64,000 nucleotides of DNA, taken from positions 229,131 to 293,130 of the forward strand of contig CAXRDE010000005.1 of the NCBI GenBank assembly GCA_964229355.1. The letters run 5' to 3'. The stretch is from Candidatus Sericytochromatia bacterium. GTDB lineage: Bacteria > Cyanobacteriota > Sericytochromatia > UBA7694. Under the pieces are notes generated by a model. The model did no database searches. It was not told the DNA's origin and was given only the letters and a program-made list of their open reading frames with translations. Positions within the stretch are counted from its first letter, which is position 1; each line of letters starts with the position of its first letter. Both the position numbers and the translations under genes were made by a program. Below, piece after piece: positions 48,916 through 57,118 of the stretch.

Positions 48916-50201
48916 GCCTTCAGCAACGCGCCGGCACTCACAAGCTTTTCGCCCCCGATGTAGACATCTTCCACCAAATTGACACCAAAATGGTAAGGCA
49001 CATAGTCCAAATTGGGGGCGTCTAGCACCACAAAATCCGCAGCGCGCCCCGGCGCCAAAACCCCTGCGCGGTCGCCACAGTCAATAGCATAGGCCGCGTT
49101 GCGGGTCACCCCCACAAAAGCCTCCACAGGCAACATCTGCATCTGGGTCACCGCCAGCACCACCATCATCAATTGCGACTCGCAATAACAGCCCCCCGGG
49201 TTTAAGTCCGTAGAAATGGCAATGGGCATATCCAGTTGATGCATGAGCGCCGTATTGGCATAGGGCAAGCCCAGATAAAAAGCGGTTCCCGGTAATACCA
49301 CAGGCAAAGTGCCTACCGCCTTCATGGCCTTAAGATCGGCCTCACTGGCAAATTGCAGGTGATCGGCAGACACCGCCCCCAGTTCAGCGGCCAATGCCGC
49401 CCCGCCCGAATGATCGAGTTCATCGGCATGAACCTTGAGCTTCATACCATGAAAACTGGCCAGCTTTAGAATTTGGCGACTGTCCTCCACCGAAAAGAAG
49501 CCCGTCTCACAAAAAACGTCACAAAACTGAGCCAATCCGCGCTCAGCCACCACGGGAATCATTTTCAACACCTGGGCCACATAGTCTTCCATGCTAACGC
49601 CCTGAGGCACCGCATGGGCCCCCAAAAAAGTGGACACCAGATGAATGGGGTGCAGGTGCTTAAGCTCTTGAACCGTCTCTAAGAGTTTAAGCTCTTGATT
49701 TAGGTTCAGGCCGTAGCCACTCTTGGCTTCCGCAGTGGTGGTGCCATGCAAGAGCATTTGATCCAAACGGCGCAAGGCCCCTTGTGCCAGTTCATCTTTG
49801 CTGGCTTCACGGGTGCACTGCACGGTATAGTTAATGCCACTGGCCATGCGCTCCCCTTTGGAGGGTTGCACATCGCGTTGTTTGGCAATGCGGGCCACCA
49901 GCTCATGCTCACGAGAACCCCCAAACACCAGATGGGTATGGGGGTCCACCAATCCCGGAATGACAGTTTTGCCCGCCAGAGAGCGCTGGGGGATATCGGC
50001 ATTTACCGGCGGCGGGTAATCGGTCATGGCTCCCAGCCCGGTGACCCGTCCTTCGCGGATCTGCAAGTAAGCGTCCCGAAGGGGCTGCAACTGACTGGCA
50101 ATCTGTGAGGGACTTAAGGGTCCTGCGGTTTCGGTGGCAAAGGAATGGAGCTCCCCAATATGAATGGCATCAAAATTCAAAGACATCTTAAAACACAGCA
50201 C
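48912..50201 (-). CDS. hutI: Imidazolonepropionase.
   Basis: The VDPHTHLVFGGSR motif matches the HutI DxHTHLVFxGxR signature. Confidence 0.8.
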   Translation of the reverse strand: MLCFKMSLNFDAIHIGELHSFATETAGPLSPSQIASQLQPLRDAYLQIREGRVTGLGAMTDYPPPVNADIPQRSLAGKTVIPGLVDPHTHLVFGGSREHELVARIAKQRDVQPSKGERMASGINYTVQCTREASKDELAQGALRRLDQMLLHGTTTAEAKSGYGLNLNQELKLLETVQELKHLHPIHLVSTFLGAHAVPQGVSMEDYVAQVLKMIPVVAERGLAQFCDVFCETGFFSVEDSRQILKLASFHGMKLKVHADELDHSGGAALAAELGAVSADHLQFASEADLKAMKAVGTLPVVLPGTAFYLGLPYANTALMHQLDMPIAISTDLNPGGCYCESQLMMVVLAVTQMQMLPVEAFVGVTRNAAYAIDCGDRAGVLAPGRAADFVVLDAPNLDYVPYHFGVNLVEDVYIGGEKLVSAGALLKA

Positions 50202-50718
50202 TCCAGGATAAAGCAGAGGCCGCCACCAACTCCTGCTGGTGAAAACTGGCGTTCAAAGCAGGGAGATCCTGAGGCGTTAAGCGTTCAGCGTCCCAACCAA
50301 AGCGTGAGCGCTCCTCAACACTTTTATTGTAAAGGTCAGCCTGGTTATAAGCGTCGCGTACGTTCCAGAGGTGGTAACCCAGCAGCACACCGGTAATCAG
50401 CACCGTGCCCAAAGTGGTACTCTCAGGCGGACGATCCGCCAGCACGCCATAGCCAATGGCACTGCCTGCAATGATTGCCGTACCACCGCCTAACACCCAG
50501 AGACTACGTTCGGGGTTATTGCCCACATAAAACTGCCCTGCACCAGGGTAAAGCAGTGACAATAAAGCCGCCCGGGCAGGGTCTCGCATTTGTTTTTGTA
50601 GGGTTACTTCGCCAGGACGGGGGGTAACGGTTGACTGGGCCTGCGCAGAAAAGGTCAGCGCACTCAGACAACACAGCGCACTGAGGCCGGGACGCCACAT
50701 ACGAGAAAAATTTGGCAT
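50188..50718 (-). CDS. Hypothetical secreted or membrane protein.
   Basis: It has a signal peptide and hydrophobic segments. Confidence 0.4.
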   Translation of the reverse strand: MPNFSRMWRPGLSALCCLSALTFSAQAQSTVTPRPGEVTLQKQMRDPARAALLSLLYPGAGQFYVGNNPERSLWVLGGGTAIIAGSAIGYGVLADRPPESTTLGTVLITGVLLGYHLWNVRDAYNQADLYNKSVEERSRFGWDAERLTPQDLPALNASFHQQELVAASALSWSAVF

Positions 50719-50719
50719 C

Positions 50720-50989
50720 TTAGCGCTCCTGGCCCGCAGGTCCAGCCAGGCCTTGAGACAAAGAAAGAGCTTTTAAGTTATTGTTCATGCTCTCAGAAGT
50801 GGCACGAATGGCAGATAACTCTTTGTTGGTCTGTTGCTGGTTTTTAATAATGGTGGCCATCGCCCCTGCGATTTTACCCAGGGCACCGTTGTCTGTGGCA
50901 GCAGCATTAATGGGTTGAATCAACATCATCGAAGCCCCCATGAGGCCTCCCAAAAAAATACCAGTCCAAAACTTGCGGTCCTTTAACAT
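50720..50989 (-). CDS. Small hypothetical membrane protein.
   Basis: It is an 89-aa ORF with one hydrophobic helix. Confidence 0.35.
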   Translation of the reverse strand: MLKDRKFWTGIFLGGLMGASMMLIQPINAAATDNGALGKIAGAMATIIKNQQQTNKELSAIRATSESMNNNLKALSLSQGLAGPAGQER

Positions 50990-51006
50990 CAGCGGGTTCC
51001 TTACTT

Positions 51007-51681
51007 CTATTGTGAAATGCTTAACGGGCCATCTTCGGGGATCGACAGCGCCGCGAGTTCAGCGAAAATATCGCGGCCTTGATCTGCAAAGTGAAGATTG
51101 CTTGCTTTAATCTTATACTTCGCTAGCACTTCTCGCAAGTTCATGGTGGTGGCATCTTGTAAAGATAAACCCAGCAAGGACAGGCCAAAAGCCACGCGAT
51201 CTTCGGTAGCAGCTTCCACTTCCAAATAAGGGGGGAGCCCCGCCCACTCGTCGATTTCAAAGAGAATGTCTTCGTAGCGAAAGCTCTGACGGAGCTTTTC
51301 GTCACTGCGCATTTGGTGGACCTCTAAGAGGCGTAAAAAAGCCCGCATCTGCTCAAAGTCGCCCACGAGGGTCTCGGTTTCTTGTGCGATTTTGTAACGG
51401 TCGCGCGAGAGCACCTGTTTAAAGGTCAAAATGACCTGTTCAGCCTGGGCGTCGTTACGGAACAAGCCGTTGGGGGTAAAACGGCGCAAACGGCGCAAAC
51501 GAATATAGCTGCCGTCTTGCTGTTCGTATAGCCGACGGTCGGCATAATCGAACATATAATTTTCTTGAAGCTCAAAACCCAGTGGCTCACAACCAGCGGC
51601 CAGAAGCCGCTCTCTCAGTAAGGGTGCATCAATGTCGAGCACCTTCACTTCAATCTCTTGCCCCATTGTGCCTTGCCCCAT
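51007..51681 (-). CDS. CYTH-domain protein (triphosphate tunnel metalloenzyme / class IV adenylyl cyclase-like).
   Basis: It has the N-terminal EIEVK (ExExK) motif. Size is about 200 aa. Confidence 0.6.
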   Translation of the reverse strand: MGQGTMGQEIEVKVLDIDAPLLRERLLAAGCEPLGFELQENYMFDYADRRLYEQQDGSYIRLRRLRRFTPNGLFRNDAQAEQVILTFKQVLSRDRYKIAQETETLVGDFEQMRAFLRLLEVHQMRSDEKLRQSFRYEDILFEIDEWAGLPPYLEVEAATEDRVAFGLSLLGLSLQDATTMNLREVLAKYKIKASNLHFADQGRDIFAELAALSIPEDGPLSISQ

Positions 51682-51687
51682 TACGCG

Positions 51688-53127
51688 CTATTGAATCGCC
51701 TGGGTTTTGGCGTTTTCAGCCACTTCTGCCGCAGAAGCCTGCAGGGCGCGGGTGGGGTTAATCAGACCATGGCCGTACAACCCGTCGACGCCAATTTCAC
51801 CGAGGTCGGTCGCGGTGTCTTCAATCCGAGCCCGCACTTCGCCGGGCTTGAGGTAGGGGTTTTGGCTCCAGATCATGGCGGCCAGGGCAGAAACCATAGG
51901 GGTTGCCATGGAAGTGCCGTTAAGGGTGGCATAATTGTTGGGCAGTCCCAGTTGGTTGGCACTGACTTCATAGGTGGGGAAGGTGGAGGTGATTTCTACA
52001 CCAGGAGCTACAATGTCGAGCTCTTCGCCACGGTTAGAAAAAGAAGCCACATATTTGTCTTCGTTCACGGCACCCACAGACATAAACTCGCTGGCAGCAG
52101 CAGGAAAGCCAATGGGTCCGCCCGCGTTGCCCGCAGCGGCAATAATCAAAGCGCCCCGTGCTTCGGCATAGCGCGACAGGTAATTGGCCAGGGTGCGCAT
52201 GGTGGAGCCACCCGAAGGAGAACCCAGACTCATATTAATGACTTTGGCACCGTTATTGGCGGCGTAAGCAATACCTTTGGCAATGTTAAACAGGCTGCCG
52301 GAACCTTTGGCATCTAAAACGCGAATGGCCAAAATTTTAACATTGGGGGCCATACCACTAATGCCTTCCTGGTTATTTAAACCGGCGGTAATAATACCGG
52401 CCACATGGGTGCCGTGGCCGTGTTCATCAAGGGGTTCAAGGTCACGGTCTATATAATCGGGGCCTTTAATAATGCGGCCGGCCAAATCAGGGTGGGTATA
52501 GTCAACACCGGTATCTAAAACCGCGACGGTCAAACCGCTTTCGCCCACACCGTAATCGGTCCACACCTGGTTCATGTTTAAAGCAGAGAGGTACCATTGT
52601 TGCTGGGTCAGGGGATCCGCGGCCTGCACTTTGACGGTCTGGTTTTGGGCCTTTGTGCCGCTGGCAGGTAGGGGTTGTGGGGTAACCACCACTTCGTCGT
52701 CATCGCTGCCAAACCACTTTTTAATGCGCTCTTTCAGGGTCATTTGCACTTTAAAATTCACGTTGGGAATGGCAAATTCCACCTGAGGATCTGCGTTGTA
52801 TTGAGAGAGGGCATCTTCGAGCTTGACACCCTGGGGCAAGCGTTGCAACTGGGTGCTGGAGTCGTTAAAAGCATCAAGAACCTGAGCGCCAGAGAGAGTG
52901 CGCTGCGCCTGGGTGGAGAACCCTGCACGGTATTTGACAATCACTTCGTCTTTGATGGTTTCAGCCACGGTGGTTTCGGCCACCGGGGTGTTGCGCTGGG
53001 GCACCAGGCTGGCAAGGGTTTGTGTAGGTTGTTGAGAGGCCACCGGAGCCAAGGCCTGACCGCTACAGGCGGTCATCAAAAGGGCAGAAACCACGGGGGT
53101 GAGGTGACGAAGAATCTGTTTTTTCAT
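51688..53127 (-). CDS. Subtilisin-like serine protease (S8) lipoprotein with an I9 propeptide.
   Basis: The catalytic-triad motifs are VLDTGVDYTHPDL (Asp), HGTHVAGI (His) and GTSMATPMV (Ser). The lipobox is LMTAC. Confidence 0.9.
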   Translation of the reverse strand: MKKQILRHLTPVVSALLMTACSGQALAPVASQQPTQTLASLVPQRNTPVAETTVAETIKDEVIVKYRAGFSTQAQRTLSGAQVLDAFNDSSTQLQRLPQGVKLEDALSQYNADPQVEFAIPNVNFKVQMTLKERIKKWFGSDDDEVVVTPQPLPASGTKAQNQTVKVQAADPLTQQQWYLSALNMNQVWTDYGVGESGLTVAVLDTGVDYTHPDLAGRIIKGPDYIDRDLEPLDEHGHGTHVAGIITAGLNNQEGISGMAPNVKILAIRVLDAKGSGSLFNIAKGIAYAANNGAKVINMSLGSPSGGSTMRTLANYLSRYAEARGALIIAAAGNAGGPIGFPAAASEFMSVGAVNEDKYVASFSNRGEELDIVAPGVEITSTFPTYEVSANQLGLPNNYATLNGTSMATPMVSALAAMIWSQNPYLKPGEVRARIEDTATDLGEIGVDGLYGHGLINPTRALQASAAEVAENAKTQAIQ

Positions 53128-53589
53128 AAGGTATGCGCTCTCTCTACTACAAACTGTATCTTAGTTATACCCCATTTTGGCTTCAAAAATCTTAAGGGCA
53201 GTTTATTATCGGCTCAATTTTTGGATAAAAAGAACAGCTTCAATGATTAAAGCCCATCGCCTTACAAAAAAGAGGTCCAAAAAAGCAGGTTTTGGAGCTT
53301 AAATTTTGGTTAAGCACACATTCAAACATCCATACCTTTGAACACTTATTACATCCACAAGAAAAACCGACAAACACTATCTTACAGCTTGTTTCTACAA
53401 TTTCACCGTGCCATAAAACACTGAAATACCGCAAGATTTTTTAATGTTTGTTTATTATTTTAAGCACAAATTAACCACAAATTTACAAAACCACATATTT
53501 TATCGTCTTTTTGGACGACAGACAAAAAAAGCAAGGGGTGTTATGGTCTCTGTAATAAGCAAAGACAACGCTTGTGTTGCTTTTTTGTA

Positions 53590-56241
53590 ATGGAAGCTTT
53601 CGCTGTGATTCGACATGTTTCAAAATTATCCTGGTTCAGTTATGTGCTCAGCGCTTTGTTATTGATCTCGTGTAGCACGACACCGACTCATCCGCCAACG
53701 CAAGCCTCAGTCATGTCTGCGCCGCCTGTTACAATACAGCAAGCCCAGAATACACCACTCCCCCCAAAAGAGAAACTCACGCTCAGTCAGCCTATGACAG
53801 GAGTAATTGGTGTACCTTTGTCTGATTTTCAGCTTCAGGGTGAAGATAAGATAGATTTTGAACTCCCTTTGAGCCTTCCTATTTCGCGCTCCGGCATCAA
53901 AGAGGGCACAGGTATGCTGTACTTAAGTGGAGGCAACGAAAATTGGAATGCAGCAGGTTTGGTAACTGCCCGGTTTTCTATTGTACCTCAGACCAATGGA
54001 ACCACACTCATGCGTTTAGAAGCAGGTAAATCGAGTGGTCCTTATACCTACTATGTCAGCGCTTCAGGCATTGTCAATGGCATCCCTGAACTCAAAGAGG
54101 GAAGCAGTATTTCAGCCCCTTTAAATTTTTCTGAATCTAAATACTCCATCAGTCACGATAATACAGGGGGCTCTAGAAACTATGTGTTTGAATCAGGTGT
54201 TATTCAAGCCAGTGTCAACGGTGAACAAATCACCGTAGGTATTTCAGGAATGACCTCCAGCAGAATGACCTGGAAGGAATGCTACTCCTGGGGAACGGGT
54301 AGCGCTTGTTATGATCGCTCCGATAGCACCAAATCACTACTGGGTGGCAACATTCAGTTTATTTCACCCATTGCTAAAAAAGAATTAAGCTTAGAACTCA
54401 AAGCTGACCAGGACGGTATTGGCAACACCTTTGCCAGCGAGTCCGGTGATCTGGCCTTACAGTCTGTTTTGGGCGTTGATACCTTTGGCTCACAAGAGCC
54501 CTGGACCCTGCGCATTAAAAAAGATGGGGCCACGGGCACAGCCACAGGTGATAACTGCTGGGATAGCTACACCTCAGGCGGTACGGGTAAAAAGGACAAT
54601 GCCTACACCTTAGATGCTTCTAAACTGGGCAATGGCACTTATACCGTTGAAGCGTATTACAGCGCCTACCCCGATGAAAAGGCAACGGTGACGGTGGAGG
54701 TCAAGAATAAAACCCAGGTCACCGTGATCGAAAACCCGAGCTTCTACCCTGTTCAGCAAAACACCAAACTCGAAGTCTGGGCTCCTGCGTGCGAAAGCGC
54801 CTGGGATTTAAAATTCACAGGCGCGGTCAATGATCCTGACAACGCCGAAGAACCTGTCCAGTGCAGCTTTTCTCGCACCGGCACTACCGCCAACCCCATG
54901 CAACCGGCCTCGGTGTTATGGGATGGGGTCTGCGAAGACAAGCTCGCCCGTGATGATTGGAATGTGGAGCTGAGCACTGAGTCAGACGGTGATGCGACTT
55001 CGGTGACGGCCCTGTGTTGTGGCAGCGTAACATTGGAAGCGGATCAAGAGGCCATTTCACCGGGCACTGTAGACGGAAACTTTGATAGCGTCAATTTTAA
55101 GGTGCGCTCTAGCACTGGTAAACCCTGGGAGCTGAGCATTCGGGGCAATACCCCTGGCCCCTTGGATGAGCGCGGCCTGCCCACCGCAGGGCCTGAATGT
55201 ACGTGGTCAGCGTCTGGCTCGGAATCAGAAAAAACCATCAACTGGAAGGGAACCTGCGATGGGGGTGCAATGGTGGATGGGCAATATACAGCCACCCTGC
55301 GCTCTGAAGATCAAGAAGACAGTGTGCCCATTATGATAGATAACACAGCACCTGTGTTTGGCGAACTCCTGGCGATTCCACGTTTTGATGGCCGCACGGA
55401 CTACTCGATTACCGTGCAGGATCCTCTGGTGAATGGTGTAGCCTCAGGCCTTAAAGACCTGGCCTCGCTACAATTGCAAGCCAGTGTAGGCGGCGAAAAC
55501 ACCCAGTTGGCTGACCTGCGTATGGATGCGGGTGACTTTTCGATTACCAGCACCGGCGGGCAAACCTATACCTTGCGATTTACCTATGCAGGGACCAATG
55601 CCCTTTTGTTACGCGGTTTGGATTTATTGGCGAATGTGGGGAGCAATGCAAAGACTCCAAAATTGCTTACAAAAAGATGTAAGAAACAAGGCATTACCCT
55701 TTTAAATGCCTATGATTACTATCGAGTGCGTCAAGGGGAAAATAGAGCGATAACTCTTTATTTCTTAGTCGACAGTCCAGGAGATGGATACAATCGTCCC
55801 TACCCTCCCCACAAACAGTTTGAACAAAGTATTAAAGCTTACTCCAGCTTATCGGGAGCAAAAAACCTTATTCCTGCTTCTAACTTTTCTTTTGAGAACT
55901 TAAAAGCAGATCGGGTAGGAATAGCAATGTGGATGTATGGTTATCCAACTGCTGGTGGTGGAGTAACACCACATCTTTTAGAAGGGGTGAGTCCAGGTAA
56001 ATTTTTAGACTCAGGCTTACCTTTTAGACAAATACGTTCTAATGGCCAGTGGGTGTCAGGACCTTATTTAGCTAAGGGGCAGTTGCTACTTATGATTTCC
56101 CCAGACCTCAATTTAGTGTCTTATACAAACCAAATGCTAACCATTGAGGTGCCCAACTCACAAAACAATAATAAAACGGTGTTTAATTTAAATTTAAAAA
56201 AAGGAGTAAGCAATACATGGTCAGAAATCACATGTCTATAA
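53590..56241 (+). CDS. Large surface lipoprotein with tandem Cys-containing Ig-like domains and an AT-rich C-terminal extension of about 200 aa; candidate polymorphic-toxin delivery protein. The ORF is open from 53572.
   Basis: It has a signal peptide and the lipobox LLISC. The Ig-like domain carrying PAC...C...W.G.CED..RD.W recurs at 57033 onwards. Codon usage and GC drop at about 55610. Confidence 0.65.
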   Translation: MEAFAVIRHVSKLSWFSYVLSALLLISCSTTPTHPPTQASVMSAPPVTIQQAQNTPLPPKEKLTLSQPMTGVIGVPLSDFQLQGEDKIDFELPLSLPISRSGIKEGTGMLYLSGGNENWNAAGLVTARFSIVPQTNGTTLMRLEAGKSSGPYTYYVSASGIVNGIPELKEGSSISAPLNFSESKYSISHDNTGGSRNYVFESGVIQASVNGEQITVGISGMTSSRMTWKECYSWGTGSACYDRSDSTKSLLGGNIQFISPIAKKELSLELKADQDGIGNTFASESGDLALQSVLGVDTFGSQEPWTLRIKKDGATGTATGDNCWDSYTSGGTGKKDNAYTLDASKLGNGTYTVEAYYSAYPDEKATVTVEVKNKTQVTVIENPSFYPVQQNTKLEVWAPACESAWDLKFTGAVNDPDNAEEPVQCSFSRTGTTANPMQPASVLWDGVCEDKLARDDWNVELSTESDGDATSVTALCCGSVTLEADQEAISPGTVDGNFDSVNFKVRSSTGKPWELSIRGNTPGPLDERGLPTAGPECTWSASGSESEKTINWKGTCDGGAMVDGQYTATLRSEDQEDSVPIMIDNTAPVFGELLAIPRFDGRTDYSITVQDPLVNGVASGLKDLASLQLQASVGGENTQLADLRMDAGDFSITSTGGQTYTLRFTYAGTNALLLRGLDLLANVGSNAKTPKLLTKRCKKQGITLLNAYDYYRVRQGENRAITLYFLVDSPGDGYNRPYPPHKQFEQSIKAYSSLSGAKNLIPASNFSFENLKADRVGIAMWMYGYPTAGGGVTPHLLEGVSPGKFLDSGLPFRQIRSNGQWVSGPYLAKGQLLLMISPDLNLVSYTNQMLTIEVPNSQNNNKTVFNLNLKKGVSNTWSEITCL
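54625..54710 (+). repeat. Copy 1 of an ~86-bp direct repeat, about 94% identical to 57033..57118.
   Basis: The segment ctgggcaatggcac(t/c)tataccgttgaagc(g/c)tattacagcgcctacccc(g/a)atgaaaa(g/a)gc(a/c)acggtgacggtggaggtcaagaa encodes LGNGTYTVEAYYSAYP(D/N)EKATVTVEVKNK. Confidence 0.85.
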
Positions 56242-57032
56242 AAATAAGTGTAAGTTGTGCTTTGGCAATGTTTTTAGTATTAACTACTGCTTTCGCAGAG
56301 AGTATCATCAATGATTCGCTCCAGTCTTGGTTTTATAGCGGAAGAGATGTTTCAATGAGCAGAGATCAGTATTTTGAATCTGTTGTTGGTGGGACTGTGG
56401 AAGCAGCTTCTCAAAAAGATTTTCATTATAGTCTAACCAATTTTCCTGTTCTTCTTGGTAACTTCAGCACCTTGGATATAGAAAAATTTATCGTTACCAG
56501 TGGCTTTCCTGAAAATTTTGAACTAGAGATAGAGTCTGACTTAAAAAGTGTGGATAACAATCTGTTTGAAGAAATTCAAATCGATGGCAAACAAGTACTC
56601 AAAGCAAGTGTACTTTACTACAAACAATCAAACTTAACCCCCCATGCTGCAGGCTATTATTTTCATACCTCAAACCAGAGCTATGCCAATTTTCTATTTC
56701 AGTTTGCGAATGTCTACCACACCAAAGACACGCCTTACTACCAGGAGATCAGACAACGGGCCAAACCCACTCATAATATCCTCCCCAATCAAAAGGGCAA
56801 TAAACCTATTATCAAGGGCGAAAACATCACCTTTTACCACCTCGACCGCAACGATGGCTACATTGAAACCTATGGCTTTCGTAAGCCCAAAGGCAACGAG
56901 CTGAAAGGCGTGGAACAAATTCTTGTGTTGCAGGCCATTTACCCGGCGGCGCAAATGGCGGAACTGGCGGGGCCGTTAACAGAGTTGTTTGTGAAAGAAG
57001 TGCAACAGCATCAGGCGGTGTGGGGCTACTAG
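56217..57032 (+). CDS. Secreted hypothetical protein, AT-rich; candidate cognate immunity protein. It overlaps the upstream gene by 25 bp.
   Basis: It has the signal peptide MSIKISVSCALAMFLVLTTAFA. Its C-terminus ...EVQQHQAVWGY* recurs as a degraded copy at about 60226. Confidence 0.5.
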   Translation: MVRNHMSIKISVSCALAMFLVLTTAFAESIINDSLQSWFYSGRDVSMSRDQYFESVVGGTVEAASQKDFHYSLTNFPVLLGNFSTLDIEKFIVTSGFPENFELEIESDLKSVDNNLFEEIQIDGKQVLKASVLYYKQSNLTPHAAGYYFHTSNQSYANFLFQFANVYHTKDTPYYQEIRQRAKPTHNILPNQKGNKPIIKGENITFYHLDRNDGYIETYGFRKPKGNELKGVEQILVLQAIYPAAQMAELAGPLTELFVKEVQQHQAVWGY

Positions 57033-57118
57033 CTGGGCAATGGCACCTATACCGTTGAAGCCTATTACAGCGCCTACCCCAATGAAAAAGCCACGGTGAC
57101 GGTGGAGGTCAAGAACAA
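57033..57118 (+). repeat. Copy 2 of the ~86-bp direct repeat. It begins on the nucleotide after the TAG stop of 56217..57032.
   Basis: See copy 1. The same reading frame is open from 57033. Confidence 0.85.
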
